This document shows, piece after piece, positions 14,142 through 26,626 of a DNA stretch of 64,000 nt; the stretch's first letter is position 1, and each line of letters opens with the position of its first letter. The DNA is from Octopus sinensis (Eukaryota): NCBI RefSeq assembly GCF_006345805.1, contig NC_043000.1, forward strand, positions 112,406,001-112,470,000, in the 5' to 3' direction. The translations under genes and the position numbers were made by a program. The notes below the pieces were generated by a model, which saw only the letters and a program-made list of their open reading frames with translations, was not told the DNA's origin and ran no database searches.

Positions 14142-14159
14142 GCACACACACGTGTGTGT
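12445..14159. repeat. 1.7-kb compound (TA)/(TG)/(CA) microsatellite with higher-order sub-arrays
   Basis: Almost pure dinucleotide alternation; source of the long YIH/CVY ORFs. Confidence 0.98.
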
Positions 14160-15889
14160 TTCTCCCTCCTTTTGCTCTTCGTATTTGCTGTCTTTCATCA
14201 TCGCCCTCACCACCACCACCACCACCGTCCTACTGCTGTTTACTCCCTTGCAAGGTGGTTATTGCAGAGTCTGAAGAATTTTTAATCATTATAATAAAGA
14301 TCCTTTTGGTGCTACTAGCTATTATGAATCTATCCCCATCCCATAACTTGTAACATCTCTCTCTCTCTCTCTCATATTTTTCTTTCACCCCTTTTATCCC
14401 CTTTCTCCTCCTAATCTCCCCCCCCCTCGTAAATACTCTCTATTTAACGAGCTGGTCTCCCTTTTGTTAACTCTTACAATCTAAGGGCGGAGAACATCGT
14501 ATTCCAATGGAATGGTTTCTATGTATTTCTCTTAAAATTTCTCATCTTTAAAATTGATTTTCCTCATAACATTCCCAGCAAGTTGAAACACTTTATCGTT
14601 TCTTATCATCTTCGGCAAAAAGCAAAACAAAAAAACCATTTTTATTGCGTTGAAGCATCTCCAATAATTTGCATCATTAAACTCCTGCAGCATTATTTCT
14701 ACTCCCTTTTATTAATCCAACTACTGTTTACATATAAAACCAAACACTGCTTATTAATTTCATAATAGTCTACCCTCTGCAGATAATCAGTATAGTTAAG
14801 TACATCGTTTGTGTTTTTTTTTTTTTTTAAACTGTGATATTTAGTGAGAAAGGAATCGTGGCAGAGCTGAAGCCAGCCCTGACACAAGTTGAAATCACTC
14901 TGTTGCTTGCTTAGAAAGACTGTTGTGTGATTCACATTACTGGCATGCAAAGATGTCAGAGAAAATTGATATTTCACTCGAGTGTGTGTGCGTGCGTGCG
15001 TGTGTGTGTTTTGTTTCTCTATTATTCCTCATGCCTCATCACTGCTGTCATTGCAGCTGCCTCCCCCACCTCTTCCTCACTCCGCCACACCCCCTCTTCA
15101 TCACCTGTCTTGTGAAGCTGAAATTTTATTTTTCTAAGTCAGTTCCATTATTTCCTGTTCAACAACGAGCATCTTGAAATTCTCTCTCTTATCAGATCGT
15201 CAGCATTCTCATCCTGGCTGCTTTGGGATGTGTGTGCTATCTGTAGTGCAGCCTCTTATACGCACCCACCTCTCTCTCTTCTCTCTCACACACACACTTT
15301 GTTACCAGCCAAATAATTCTTATTGATTTTTTTTTTTGCATTTGCTTTGTTGTTGTTGTACTAATTACTCGTTAGTGGATACTTTATTGTATTTCCTTTT
15401 ACAAATATACATATTACATTATCTCTCCCTCCCCGTGTGTCTGTGTGTATATATTTAAGTGTGTGTCTGTATTGCCTACGATAGGTCATTGATGTGTCAT
15501 TGAATTATTCACTTGACATCAGACACATAAGCAAGGAGGTCATTCATGATTAAATTATCAATTAATCTCACATCATAATACACATACACACACACACACT
15601 CTATGTATGTATGTATGTATTATGAATGTCTCTTTCCATAGTAAGCTAGTTGTAACCGTGCCAGGGAGCAATGGTGAACGCTATACTTCCGCTAATAAAG
15701 CTGAAAAATATTTTGAATATTATTATTATCATCCAGAGTTGTCTTTCTTGCTTGACCCAACAACACTGTTAGCTGACCTCTGATATTTTAACTGACCACC
15801 ACATTCAAACCCCATTACTAGTTAGGACGGTGAAAACACTGGACGGAAATAATCAAACCCACATTTTTGTGATTTCTTCTTTACTTATT

Positions 15890-16285
15890 TCAGTCGCTGG
15901 ACAGCGGTCAAGCTGGGGCTATGCTTTGAAGGTTTTAGTCAAACAAATTGACCTCCCCCATACCCCCTCCCCTCTGTACTTATACTTTTTTTTTCTTTTT
16001 TAAAGTCTGGTACTTCTTGGTCTCTTTTGCCAAACTGTTATGTTAGGATGTAAACAAACCAACATTGGATGCGAAGCAGTTGTGGTAGGACAAACACAAA
16101 CATACCCATATATACACACATGACAGGCTTCCACAAAGTTTCCATTTACCAAATTCATTTACAAGGCATTGGTTGACCCAGGGTCTATAGTAGAAGGCAT
16201 TTGCCCAGGGTACTGCGCAGTGGGACTGAACATGAAACCATATGGTTGCCAAACAAGTCTCTTAACCACACATCCATACCTGCAT
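15890..16285 (-). mobile_element. Family-B SINE
   Basis: Degenerate full-length reverse copy. Confidence 0.75.
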
Positions 16286-16298
16286 CTATAAAGTAAAT

Positions 16299-16344
16299 CA
16301 TCCCTGGGTGGGCATGAACCACTAACCTTTCGGTTAACAGCTGA
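16299..16344 (-). pseudogene. 3' half of a tRNA-Asn(GTT)-derived sequence
   Basis: Minus strand tcagctgttaaccgaaaggttagtggttcatgcccacccagggatg versus metazoan tRNA-Asn tcggctgttaaccgaaaggttggtggttcgagcccacccagggacg. The 5' half is absent. Confidence 0.8.
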
Positions 16345-17500
16345 TATATGTATATATCAGCTGATTTGGCAATTTTCTTCTCTAGTCCATGTTATTCAAT
16401 AGGTTATTTTCTGTTCATAGCATTTCAAATTATTTTTATTATTATTATTATTATTGGGGTGGGGGGTGTTTCATGCTTGTTCTTGAAGTCTTCCTTAATT
16501 AAAATTTGCTCTCAACCAACCCTTAAAACCTTTTCTGGGCCTTTGAAGCATTTTGAGTAAGCCAAATGTATTTTACAGATAAAATTCCAGTTGATGTTTT
16601 AGTGAAAGGTCTTATCAGTGACAACTTGTATGTTTGTTAATAGTTTGAGGGTGAGTCTTAGATATTCTGTTTACAGAAGATTCACACACACACACACACA
16701 CACCTGCATGCACACGCTGTTGCTCGTTACCCCAGTCACTGCCTCACTGTGTTTCTCTCAATCAAACACTGTAATGTCTGGCCCAAACTACTGTTCACCT
16801 TTCTCCAGTAAACTCCCCACTTTATCTTCCTCCTTCAATTTTGTTGTGATTTAATTAAAAATGGAATGATTTAATTGTTAAGAAACTAAGGGAGATAAAT
16901 ATGAAATTTAAATTAATAAAAAATTGAATGTGATTATGCTGTGTGGAGTAAATATGATGCTTGACAAGTACAGTGAGAAACCCAGACATAGTTTGTTCTT
17001 ATCAGACCTCCTGCCTCTACAAAGCATCAAGCTGTCATTTTTATCAGTATTTGCCAGGCACAAGGATAAAAGAGAGACTATCATAGTAAGACATGTTCCC
17101 TCTCTCTCTCACTATGTCAGTCTGTGAAGCAGATGGTTCTGTGTGTGTATGTACGTGTTTAGTTTAACCTAATTGTAACCGTTTCCCTAATGAAATACAC
17201 AATCTACATATTTTAATTAATTTTGTAAATAATCAAGATTTTTGTTGGATTTGGTTAAATTGCTATTTTTCCCTGCCATTATTTAAGCTGGTTTGAAATG
17301 ATATTTAAGATGTTTTTGTTTTTTTTCATGAAATGACACTTGGATGGTTTTAATTTAAAATTGCATTCTATCAAACAAGAGGTTTTGGATCATAAAACTA
17401 GGGCAGTCTCAAGTGTATTGCTATCAGAGGGTTGAATTATTTTATTATTGTTTTTTGAGGTTTTTTCTTTTCAGTTGCTGAAAGTAATAGACCCAATATC

Positions 17501-17780
17501 TCATCATCATTCCATACTGGCATGGGTTGGATGGTTTGACTGAGGACTGGCAAGCCAGGAGGCTGCACCAGGCTCCAATCTGATCTGGCAAAGTTTCTAC
17601 AGTTGGATGCCCTTTCTGATGTCAATCATTCTGAGAGTAGTGGGTGCTTTTTATGTGCCACCGGCACGGGAGCCAGTCAGGCAGCTCTGACAATGACCAC
17701 GCTCGAATGGTGCTTTTTACATGCCATGGCATGGGACCAGTCAGGTTGCACTGGCATCAACCACATTTGTATGGTGCTTT
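17501..17780 (-). mobile_element. Family-A copy
   Basis: catcatcattccatactggcatgggttgg...ggtgctttttacatgcc. Confidence 0.85.
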
Positions 17781-18097
17781 TTAAGGGTGGGGGTGAACCA
17801 AACTGAAAAAGCATTCCCCTCAGGTGAACCTTTTACTATCTCATTTGGATTACAAAGGTAAACAAGATTGAGCAGTTGCAGGTGACACAGTTGCTCATCT
17901 TCTTCATCATTTAACTATGTCTCTATTGCGAATACTTTTTCCCATTTGTATGTTCTGATTGATTGTAGCTGTCCTAGCAAGGTTTAAGAAGATTTGAGAT
18001 CTACAAGTAGCCATACACTGTTTACCTTGGAGTACATACCTAGAAGTGGTCATAAAAACTCTTTACATACCCACAAGTGGTCATAAACACTGTTCGA

Positions 18098-18232
18098 CCC
18101 TTTAGCATTTAAACTGACCATATCTGACCAAAATAATCCCCATTTTCATCTTCAAACTGGCCAGATTTGGCCTCTCACACTTCCCCTGTAATATTATTCT
18201 AGAAATGATCATGTTGTTGAAATCTCGAAGCT
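18098..18232. mobile_element. piggyBac-like MITE family 2, partial, opposite orientation
   Basis: ccctttagcatttaaactgaccatatctgacc...ggcctctcacac matches the reverse complement of 61730-61864. Confidence 0.55.
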
Positions 18233-18599
18233 AAAAGGTATTTATTCACAGTAATTTGAGTTAGTCTGAGTGGTTGCAGACAGTTTACCTTGGGGTGGGT
18301 CTGTCAATAGTCCTAATGACTCATAAGCCTGTAGGTTAACCATGTTCCCATGTTGTGGGGTTTTAATAACAGTCTCCCCCAATCCCCCACCTGTATGGGT
18401 TGCTGGTCCCTTGCAGGCTTAACTTCCCAACTGTTGCTAGAACTCATTTGCACCTGAGTGCGCTGGAATAGTGTGAAATGAAGTTGTTTGCTCAAAGAAC
18501 GCATTGCATCACTTCTTTTCAGAATTGAAACCCTCATTGCCAGATCGTGAGCGAGTGCAGTGTCCCAACCATTGTCATGTGCTTCCACTTAGATTGGAG

Positions 18600-18950
18600 A
18601 GTTTTGTCTTGTCTTGAGACAGCATTCACCCGGGGTGGGTTGAGCTGGCCTCATTCATCCTCAATGCTGCATCACTCACAAACGCCGACCAGACCTGGCG
18701 ATTTGAGGCTAACAACTGCGTGATCTCCAACCACTCCTTATTCCAGCAGCAAACACCGTAGACACGGGGGCCTAGGTTGGGTTCCAGATCAGCCTTGACT
18801 GTCATCAACCAGGTTTTTCATTGTCCACCACATCGCTTTCACCAACCCTGAAGAGGAACTGGGGCAATTGCTTCATAGATGAATTCTCCTGGTTGACAAC
18901 GGAGGGCGCCAAAATATTTGCATCTATTCTTCATGCCCTCCATCATTGGA
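18600..18950 (-). mobile_element. RTE-clade LINE 3' remnant
   Basis: Minus strand reads KYFGALRCQPGEFIYEAIAPVPLQGW*KRCGGQ*KTWLMTVKADLEP..W..LASNRQVWSAFVSDA..ASSTHPG*, then a caagacaagacaa tail. This is a typical RTE RT C-terminus; both stops are consistent with CGA>TGA decay. Confidence 0.75.
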
Positions 18951-20279
18951 GAGTTTATCTAGAAGTGTTTAGAAACACTACCTGTCCTGGGAGAACACAA
19001 AGAAAAGTTTCAGACGTTGCATATCTGAGTTCATACTTACAGGTGGTTGTTGGAACTGCCCACCTTCCATTACATATCCAAGAGGCCACTAGGTCAATGC
19101 TGACTGTTGAAAGACCTGGAGCACACCTTTTCCACTGTACTCTATTAATATTTATCGTCTATCAGATTTATAATCAAAGGAAATGAAGTTGTGACGTTGA
19201 TCTCTTTCTTCACATTTAGTTTGCTGATGTCCTTAGTGTACGGCTGGGGATTGAAACTATGTCCAAGAAATAACTGGTTCAGTTTACTTCTGTTAGTGCT
19301 TGCTTGATGGTAATAACCCTTTCAACTATAGGCACAAGGCCAGCAATTTCAGGGGAGAGTGTTAGTCGATTGCATCAACTCCAGTGTTCAACTGGTACTT
19401 GATGTGATATGAGGGAGATTTGGTTGCTGTTTCAAGCCTCCACTTAGTGGTTCCATCAGTTGTTAACTGAGAAAAGTTTTGATATTGTGAAACAATTAAA
19501 CCTGAAGCAAGTAGTGGTGGTCTGTTTTGGTAAGAAACACAGATTGCAACATGGCTTAGGAGTTTACTGTGAGAAAGAGGAGAGGTCTTGTATTTTAGGC
19601 AAGATTCAGGACTTGAGGCAATGTTGCAAATATCATTTGGCTTTCTTATGTGGAAAACTTACTTTCCGCTTTTGTTTTTGGAGGGTTGACAAGGTTTCAA
19701 AGTTAGGAAATTTTGAAATTAAATTTAAAAAAAAAAAATATTTCCTATTAAATAAGCTTTGTTGTTGTTACTACTACCACCACCACTACTACTACAACCA
19801 CTACTACTACTAGTTGTATTAGTAGTAATAGCAGCAGTAATTTTGATGAGGTGGGGGTGGGGTATGGGAAACTATTATGTACAAATTTTCTCCCTCCTCC
19901 TGCCACCACCACTACCACCGTAATCTATGTGAAAGATCAATGTTTTAAATCTAATTTAAATCTAAGCTCATTGGAATTTCCACTGACAGAAATGGTTCAC
20001 TGACTTAGCTGCTGATTGGATCAAAATATTTATGAAGAGCAGTGGTAGTTAGAAAAAAAAATGGACGAAGAGGTGGTGGTGGTGGTGAACAAACAAAAAT
20101 AAAAACCAGCAGTAAAACAGCACAACTGTTGCTGCTGATTAGTGTAGTCTGTGGTCATAATCTCACCATCACCATCATCCTCTGTTTTGTTTCTCTTTTT
20201 CTTATGTATTTGGTTTTACTACTTCCAGTGTTATAGCAGTTACGGTCACTGTTGCCCTTTGAGCCAACAAGGGATTTGG

Positions 20280-20560
20280 CCTGTATCAGGGATCAGCACC
20301 CTATCATCTCTTGTGAAAGGTAGAAGAGTCCAGTTTGCTGGACATTGTTGTAGAGCTGAAAACGAGGTAATTTCTACCCTTCTCCTCTGGAAGCCATATG
20401 CTCGCGATACCAGAGGGCTCACACTCCCCTACCCTGATGTAATCTCCAGGGACATAGGCATCCAGCAACAGGACCTCCGTAATGCTATGATGGACTGTGA
20501 AGTCTGGTGTAACATAGTAAATTCCATTGTCTTGACCACGGTGGAACAATAATAAATAAT
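20280..20560 (+). mobile_element. RTE-like LINE 3' remnant
   Basis: RRVQFAGHCCRAENEVISTLLLWKP...YPDVISRDIG..QDLRNAMMDCEVW matches the RTE C-terminal pattern RRL.FAGHC.R...LLW.P...D...M.DR..W (3' part of ORF 20151..20552). Confidence 0.8.
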
Positions 20561-20754
20561 GATCATATCACCCCACATGAAACCGCCCATGACTCTATCA
20601 TCCAGACTTCCTGTTTTAAAAGTGACCCACTTAAAATCCTCTTATCAACATTTCATGTTAATTCATGTTCCAGCCACTGAATAATGACAAAAGTGACTTA
20701 CTAAGTTTTACCTTATTTCCATATTTATTTGAAATAAAGAATATATGACAATTG

Positions 20755-20926
20755 AAACTGTTAGATTCACTTCAACATTTAAATTTAATTTGTGAAAATA
20801 TTTTCGTCGCTTTGAAACCGTGACCTGTTCACTCACGGAATTTTGTCAGTGAACAGGTTCTAGTTTGAAAGCGACAAAAATATTTTGACGAATTAAATTT
20901 AAATGTTGAAGTGAATCTAACAGTTT
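20755..20926. repeat. Foldback palindrome: two 79-bp arms with a 14-nt spacer
   Basis: 20755-20833 is the reverse complement of 20848-20926 with about 8 mismatches. Confidence 0.9.
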
Positions 20927-21289
20927 TTGTGTGTTTTTTAAATGGCTTATAAACACCTTCCACACTGCTACAATTATTTTTGTTTCAGCACACGATCTCA
21001 GATCAAGTCACTTACTATTCAAGTACGTCTCCATAAAAAAAAATGTTTGAACAGAAATATGCTAATGAAAGGGTAGACATTTGCCCATGGCCTATATGGA
21101 TGTTACATCATATCTTACATAAATCATTAGCAACTTGTACATAGGCAAAAATTAAACGAATCATGTTACAAAAGTTTCTCTAAAAAGTAGCTCTCATATA
21201 AATTAAATCTAACGTTTTTAAAGAAAAAATCTGAGGTTCATGGGGAGCATTTCAGTCAGAAGTTGGTTGCTAGAAATTGCAACCACTTC

Positions 21290-21739
21290 AATTCATGTAG
21301 CTGAGCTCCTGGGCCTCATGTAGGCAAAGTGGTTGAATTCCTTTCGAGTGTTGGGACTCACAGAGGCGAGGTGGCTGAACTCCTTTCTAATGAGTCTCAC
21401 TGAGTTCCTTTCAAGTGTTGTGCCTCATTGAAGCAAAGTGGCTGAGCTCCTTTTGAGTGATGGGCCTCACGGACACAATGACTGAGACCTTTGGCATTAT
21501 GTTGTGCTTGAGATGACCCATCAAGCCGAGCAAAATCGCAGTTGTGACAGATATTGGTGTCATTCCACTGGCACCTGTGCCGGTGATACGTATTAGCACC
21601 GATTACACTCTTGGAGTGGTTGGCGTTAGGTAGGGCATCCAGCCATAGAAAACCATGCCAACTCAGACTGAAGTTTGGTGCAGTCTTCAAACTGTCCAAC
21701 TCATGCCAGCACGGACAATGGTCGTTAAATGATGATGAT
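21290..21739 (+). mobile_element. Family-A subfamily with ~41-nt 5' tandem modules
   Basis: Repeats of aaagtggctgagctcctttcgagtgttgggcctcac, then the shared core and tail. Sister copy at 46063-46398 (-). Confidence 0.8.
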
Positions 21740-22218
21740 ATTGTGTGTGCGTGTGCATATATATATCTCCGCTTCAAATGATTGAAGCTGGAATGTCTTT
21801 GATTGTAGATTTGCTGGATAAGAGTTGAGTTGGGGCTAAACAAAGCGGGGTGGAGGTGAGAAAAGAAAAGTGTTGTATAATCTAGTGCTAGATATGGTAT
21901 GCTGGAATGTCAGAATGCTGTCGGCTGACGTAGGCCTAAATGACAATTGCTTGTGCATTTTAGAGCTGTCGTTAGAGCTTGTTCTCTACTCTGTAATCCC
22001 TATCAAACATGAGATCAGCTGTGCCATTTGAGAGTTGAGTATCTTGCTCAATGATACAACAATGCATTGCTATTGGTTGGGTATGAACTAGAAAACCTCT
22101 TTTTGTTTTAATCTGCTCTTTGACAACTTAAAACAGGATATTTAGTGCTTTACCTAGAACACTGTTCTGGTAAAGAAACATGTTATCATTCATCATTTGA
22201 AGTGTGTATCCACATTGC

Positions 22219-22450
22219 CATCATCATCATTGTTTAACGTCCGTTTTCCATGCTAGCATGGGTTGGATGGTTCGACCGGGGTCTGGGAAGCCAGGAGGCT
22301 GCACCAGGCTCCAATCTGATCTGGCAGTGTTTCTACAGCTGGATGCCCTTTCTAATGCCAACCACTCCGTGAGTGTAGTGGGTGCTTTTTACATGCCACT
22401 GGCACAGGGCCCAGAGGAGGCTGGCAAACGGCCATGATTGGTTGGTGCTT
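22219..22450 (-). mobile_element. Family-A copy
   Basis: catcatcatcattgtttaacgtccgttttccatgctagcatggg... Confidence 0.9.
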
Positions 22451-23504
22451 TATTCCCACTTTATCAATGTCATTCACCTACTATTTTATCAATGAATGGG
22501 CGACCATCTTTTTATTTCTGCTAAGGGTGTCCACCACCCACTTATTGTGTAGCTAATGATAGCCATCATCACCTTCATTATTGAATGTATAATTCTTGAT
22601 AGCCACAGCCTCTGCCTACTTTGCCATTTAAGTGTGTAGTTAAGGACTTCCACTTCTCATTTCACCAGTAAAGTGTGGGTCTTAGGAGGGACCTCCCTTT
22701 CTTTAGCTAAGAGCATTCACTTCCTCCTTCATCGATGGTGACTGTGGACTCATATGCTGTGGTTATTTTGATTGTTCAATGAACAAATCTGCCCACTTAA
22801 AGAATTATAGGATAAGTGACCGAGTATTCCACAGCAACCTTAATCTAGCTTTAGCCTTTATATCTGAATTTTAACAGATTAGGATGCGAAAAAGTAACCT
22901 GATGATTCACATTGATCATGAATGTTGTGTGTTTTCAATCAATAAAAAAAATAATAATTAGCCTGACTTCAAATTGAGAAGTTGGGGTCTTTGTTACCAT
23001 GAATTATGAGTCAGTCAAAAGTTTTCTGTACTGATTCCACAAACCCTGGTAAACCAAGAGATTTCCTGCTCCACCAATGAAACTGTGTCATTATTCAGTT
23101 ATCACATGTCTTATAATGTCTATCATTTAATTCTGTCTGTGTAATTAAAATTAAGTACACAGAAAAGCTTTCTGTTGGACATCACCTCCTGGTATTTCCA
23201 CAACTCTGAGTCATATACATGATGACGATGATGATGATACTTATTTCACAGTTCATTGATTGCTCTCGGATTTAAACTGATTTACCACTAAAACAGTGTG
23301 TAAACAGCTTGTTTGTTGCATTTTGTTTTCTTTGAGTCAGTCTCGTTACTACGTCATCTTAACTATATTATAGCGCTACTTTCTAATTAACACTAATGAC
23401 TTTGTCCTGCAGAATACTAGATTGGTTTACATTATTGACCTAATAAGTTGGATTCCTGTGAGAGCCAGGTTTATTTGTTTCAATGCTGGAGCCTGGTGCA
23501 GCCT

Positions 23505-23592
23505 CCTGGCTTGCCAGTTTTCAGTCAAACTGTCCAACCCATGCCAGCATGGAAAGTGGACGTTAAACGATGATGATGATGATGCTGATGAT
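23505..23592 (+). mobile_element. Family-A 3' fragment
   Basis: ctggagcctggtgcagcc...gttaaacgatgatgatgat. Confidence 0.85.
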
Positions 23593-24697
23593 GTATCTAT
23601 GAGACTGATGGAAGAGTGGTAGTCATAAAATGGGTTTCCTTCATGTTGGCAGCAGGTTTCATTAACCAAATCTTAGTCGATGTATTCAATCACAAACTGT
23701 TGTTTACCTTCATGTTGTCGTCTCTGATTGGGTAGATTTATAATCAAGGGTGTTCCACCTGGGACCATCCCGTCTTTTAGTGGGCTAATCTAGAAGTGTT
23801 TAGGAACAATGTGTTGAGTGAGCGGCGACCAGCAAAGGCTGTGCCTCTGTTGAATCCACCATTCAGTTTGGCACAATGTCTTTTTCAAGGTTATTGACAT
23901 TTGCTAGGAATTACCAGTACAAGGATTAGATGAGGCAAAGATAGCTGACATGTTAATCAGGAAAGATGCAAGAAGAAGAAAAATAAATTTTTTTTTTAGA
24001 TTCAGAAAATTAGTAAGTAAATAACTTCATATAAAGAAACTGAGTCATCAACTTCACTGGCATTATCTATGTCCCCCATCCCCCTGGTTTGGCAGTGGTG
24101 TAGTGTTTATCAATCCTTCCTCGGCACCAGTTCGGCAGCTAACGTTTTTTTTTGTATATTTATTAAAGTTTTTCTCTTCTTGAGTTGTGTGTTTGTATTT
24201 TTCAAACAAGAATATTGTTAACTGTGACTTTGAAGTCTCAGCAAGTTTAAACCATTGGATGATGATTTAGCTGGCCGATACTCAGTCAAATGACTGAAAC
24301 AAATAAAAGAAACAAAATGTATACAAAAGTATAGAGTAAACCTTGAAATCAATGTATAACTGAACCCAAAAACAAACCTTAACATGTGTATATATCTTGT
24401 GTTTTGGGAGGGTCATTACATCAATAATGATATACTCACTGCTTGTGTTTATTACTGGTATAACAACACTCCTAAGACACAAAATGTTTCAACACAGGAA
24501 TTCACATCAAGAATCTTGCCAACGAAATACCAAAACAAAATGTGTGTGTGTGTATACTAATCATTTTGAATCAGATTTTCTATATTGAGATTCCCTTGTC
24601 ACTAACTCTGTTTCCAAGCAAATTAACATTTCCCCAAGGCCAAATAAGATTTCGAGGAAGACAACGAAGTTATCTTTCTCAACATGGTTACTGAACA

Positions 24698-24846
24698 TTA
24701 TTTGCATTATTTACATTTGACGGATATTTGTCCTCATCGTGTTCGTTGCTAATACAATGTTTTGGCAGATATGCCCTCTAGCCTTCTTCATCAGGTGTCT
24801 TGGGGAAATTTCGAACCTGGGTTCTCATTCCTAAGGTATTTCTCTA

Positions 24847-24887
<41 letters not shown>

Positions 24888-24943
24888 TCACTGTCTGGAA
24901 TCAAACTCGAAATCTTGGGGTTAGTAGCCTGTGCTCTTAACTA
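24698..24943 (-). mobile_element. Family-D SINE copy
   Basis: Reverse complement of the 60751 copy; slightly 5'-truncated and CpG-decayed. Confidence 0.85.
24751..24799 (-). ncRNA. Degenerate minimal hammerhead motif (CpG-decayed)
   Basis: Minus strand GACAC CTGATGA agaa ggcta gagggcatat ctgcc AAAAC ATT gtatt. Confidence 0.45.
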
Positions 24944-25020
24944 ATGTATATCTAAACATAAAAACAAACATTAACTTGTGTATATATCTTGTCTTGGGGG
25001 GGGGGGGTCATTGCATCAAT

Positions 25021-25245
25021 AATTCCAAGTTCGATTCCAGGCAGTGACCTAAATAATAATAATAATAATAACAACAATAACATCGAAAATACCTTAGTAA
25101 TGAGAACCCAGGTTTGAAATTTCCCCAAGACACCTGATGAAGGCTGGAGGGTATATCAGCCGAAACGTGTTATCAACAAACGAGATGAGGACAAATATCT
25201 TGTCAATTGTAAATAATTCCTCATCTCTTAAATATAGAATTGTAT
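25021..25245 (+). mobile_element. Family-D SINE copy, 5'-truncated, longer tail
   Basis: agttcgattccaggcagtgacct(aat)n...gacacctgatgaaggctgg...aattcctcatctcttaaatatag. Confidence 0.85.
25129..25171 (+). ncRNA. Degenerate minimal hammerhead motif (cleavage triplet deleted)
   Basis: GACAC CTGATGA a GGCTG gagggtatat CAGCC GAAAC GTGTT. Confidence 0.55.
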
Positions 25246-25435
25246 GTTTACTGAAAGTTAACAGACCAAGCTTAGTTTGATCTCTGTAAGTTGTTGCCTA
25301 ATTTTTATCTTGATGTGATGTTAGTCTACCCCACATCCACACCCATGGTATCTGTAAGTTCCTGCAAAATTTTAATCCACCCGTCACCCAATCATATTTG
25401 GCAAGGAAGTCTGTGACTTCCTTTAATGATGTCTA

Positions 25436-25800
25436 CTATAGGCATAGGTGTGGCTGGGTGGTAAGAAGTTTGTTTCCCAATCACATGGTTCTGGGTTCAG
25501 TCTCATTGTATGCTACCTTCAGCAAGTCTTTTACTATGGCTTATAGCTTTGGGCTGGCCAAAACCTCGGGAGTGGATTTGATAGATGGAAACTGAAAGAA
25601 GCCCATTGTATATTTATAGATGTGTGTTTTTTTGTGTCTGTCTGTCCCCTACCACTGCTTGACAACCAGTGTTGGTGTATTTACATCCCTGTAACTTAGC
25701 AGTTTAGCAAAGTATTGTGGTTGGTTCATTCGACTAGAAATTCTACAGGTGGTGCTCCAGCATGGCCACAATCTTATGACTGAAGCAAGCAAAAGATGAA
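25436..25800 (+). mobile_element. Family-B SINE
   Basis: ggtgtggctgggtggtaagaag...ctccagcatggccac...tgactgaagc. Confidence 0.8.
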
Positions 25801-26626
25801 ACACAATCCTCCCTCAACTGTTAATTCCAGGTGAACCCATGCTAAGTACACCTATGGTCAAAGGTGTTCCAGTTATGTCTGTCGTCATTTTTTCATTGTT
25901 ACTTCGTATAGATTCGAAGAAATTTGGCTGCAATGTGTAGCATGTCAAGCATCCACAGAACTTCCCTTGAAGATGTCACAGGTGTCCTTGTGGCCAGTTT
26001 TTTACCTTCTTTGACAACTCTCCACCACCTTGTGTGAACAGCCAGATTTTTCATCTTTTTGTACCTGCTGGCAGCATGGAGGCTGAGAAGGCTTTTGCTT
26101 TTAATTATTTGCTGCAGAAAATGGTGGTTTCCCTCATTATTGATTGATCTCATTTGGGCCACACACACACACTTGTGTATATATATTTTGCATAGCCACA
26201 AAAATACATTCAGTCAAATAAAGCAGTTGTCTTAATTTCATGTAATCTGCTTCACTTTCTATCTTTGCCACCATCACTTTTGATCCCCTGGCCTAATCAC
26301 TAATTAGGTTACCTAGGTAACTAGGCATCAAATATTTAAACACACCATCCTAATAGCCTGCATCGTTTAATCCTGTGTGTTGGTCATGCTGTCAGCACAC
26401 ACAGTGCTGTTTAGACTGATTCACTGTTAGTCAATATGATCTGACATTTGCTATGTTATTCAGAATGGGTGCACTCTTACCTAGAAATGCCACCACCTAC
26501 ACATGCTAAATTGGTTTTCCTGGTTGCACCCTTCCTCTCCTAACCTTGCTTAGCTATACATCATCATCATCTGTTTTTCCATGATTCTATGGCTTGAACA
26601 TTTCACCAGTTAATGCTCAACGTTAT

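Noticed and set aside
12310-14285. Long ORFs of up to 574 aa on both strands
   Set aside because: They are translations of TA/TG/CA repeats that lack stop codons; no domain or splice support.
20798-20850. Minus-strand CTGACAA...GAAA in the foldback as a hammerhead
   Set aside because: The core is non-consensus and the helix does not abut GAAA.
22899-22925. ctgatgattcacattgatcatgaatg as a hammerhead core
   Set aside because: Lacks GAAA, stem III and stem I.
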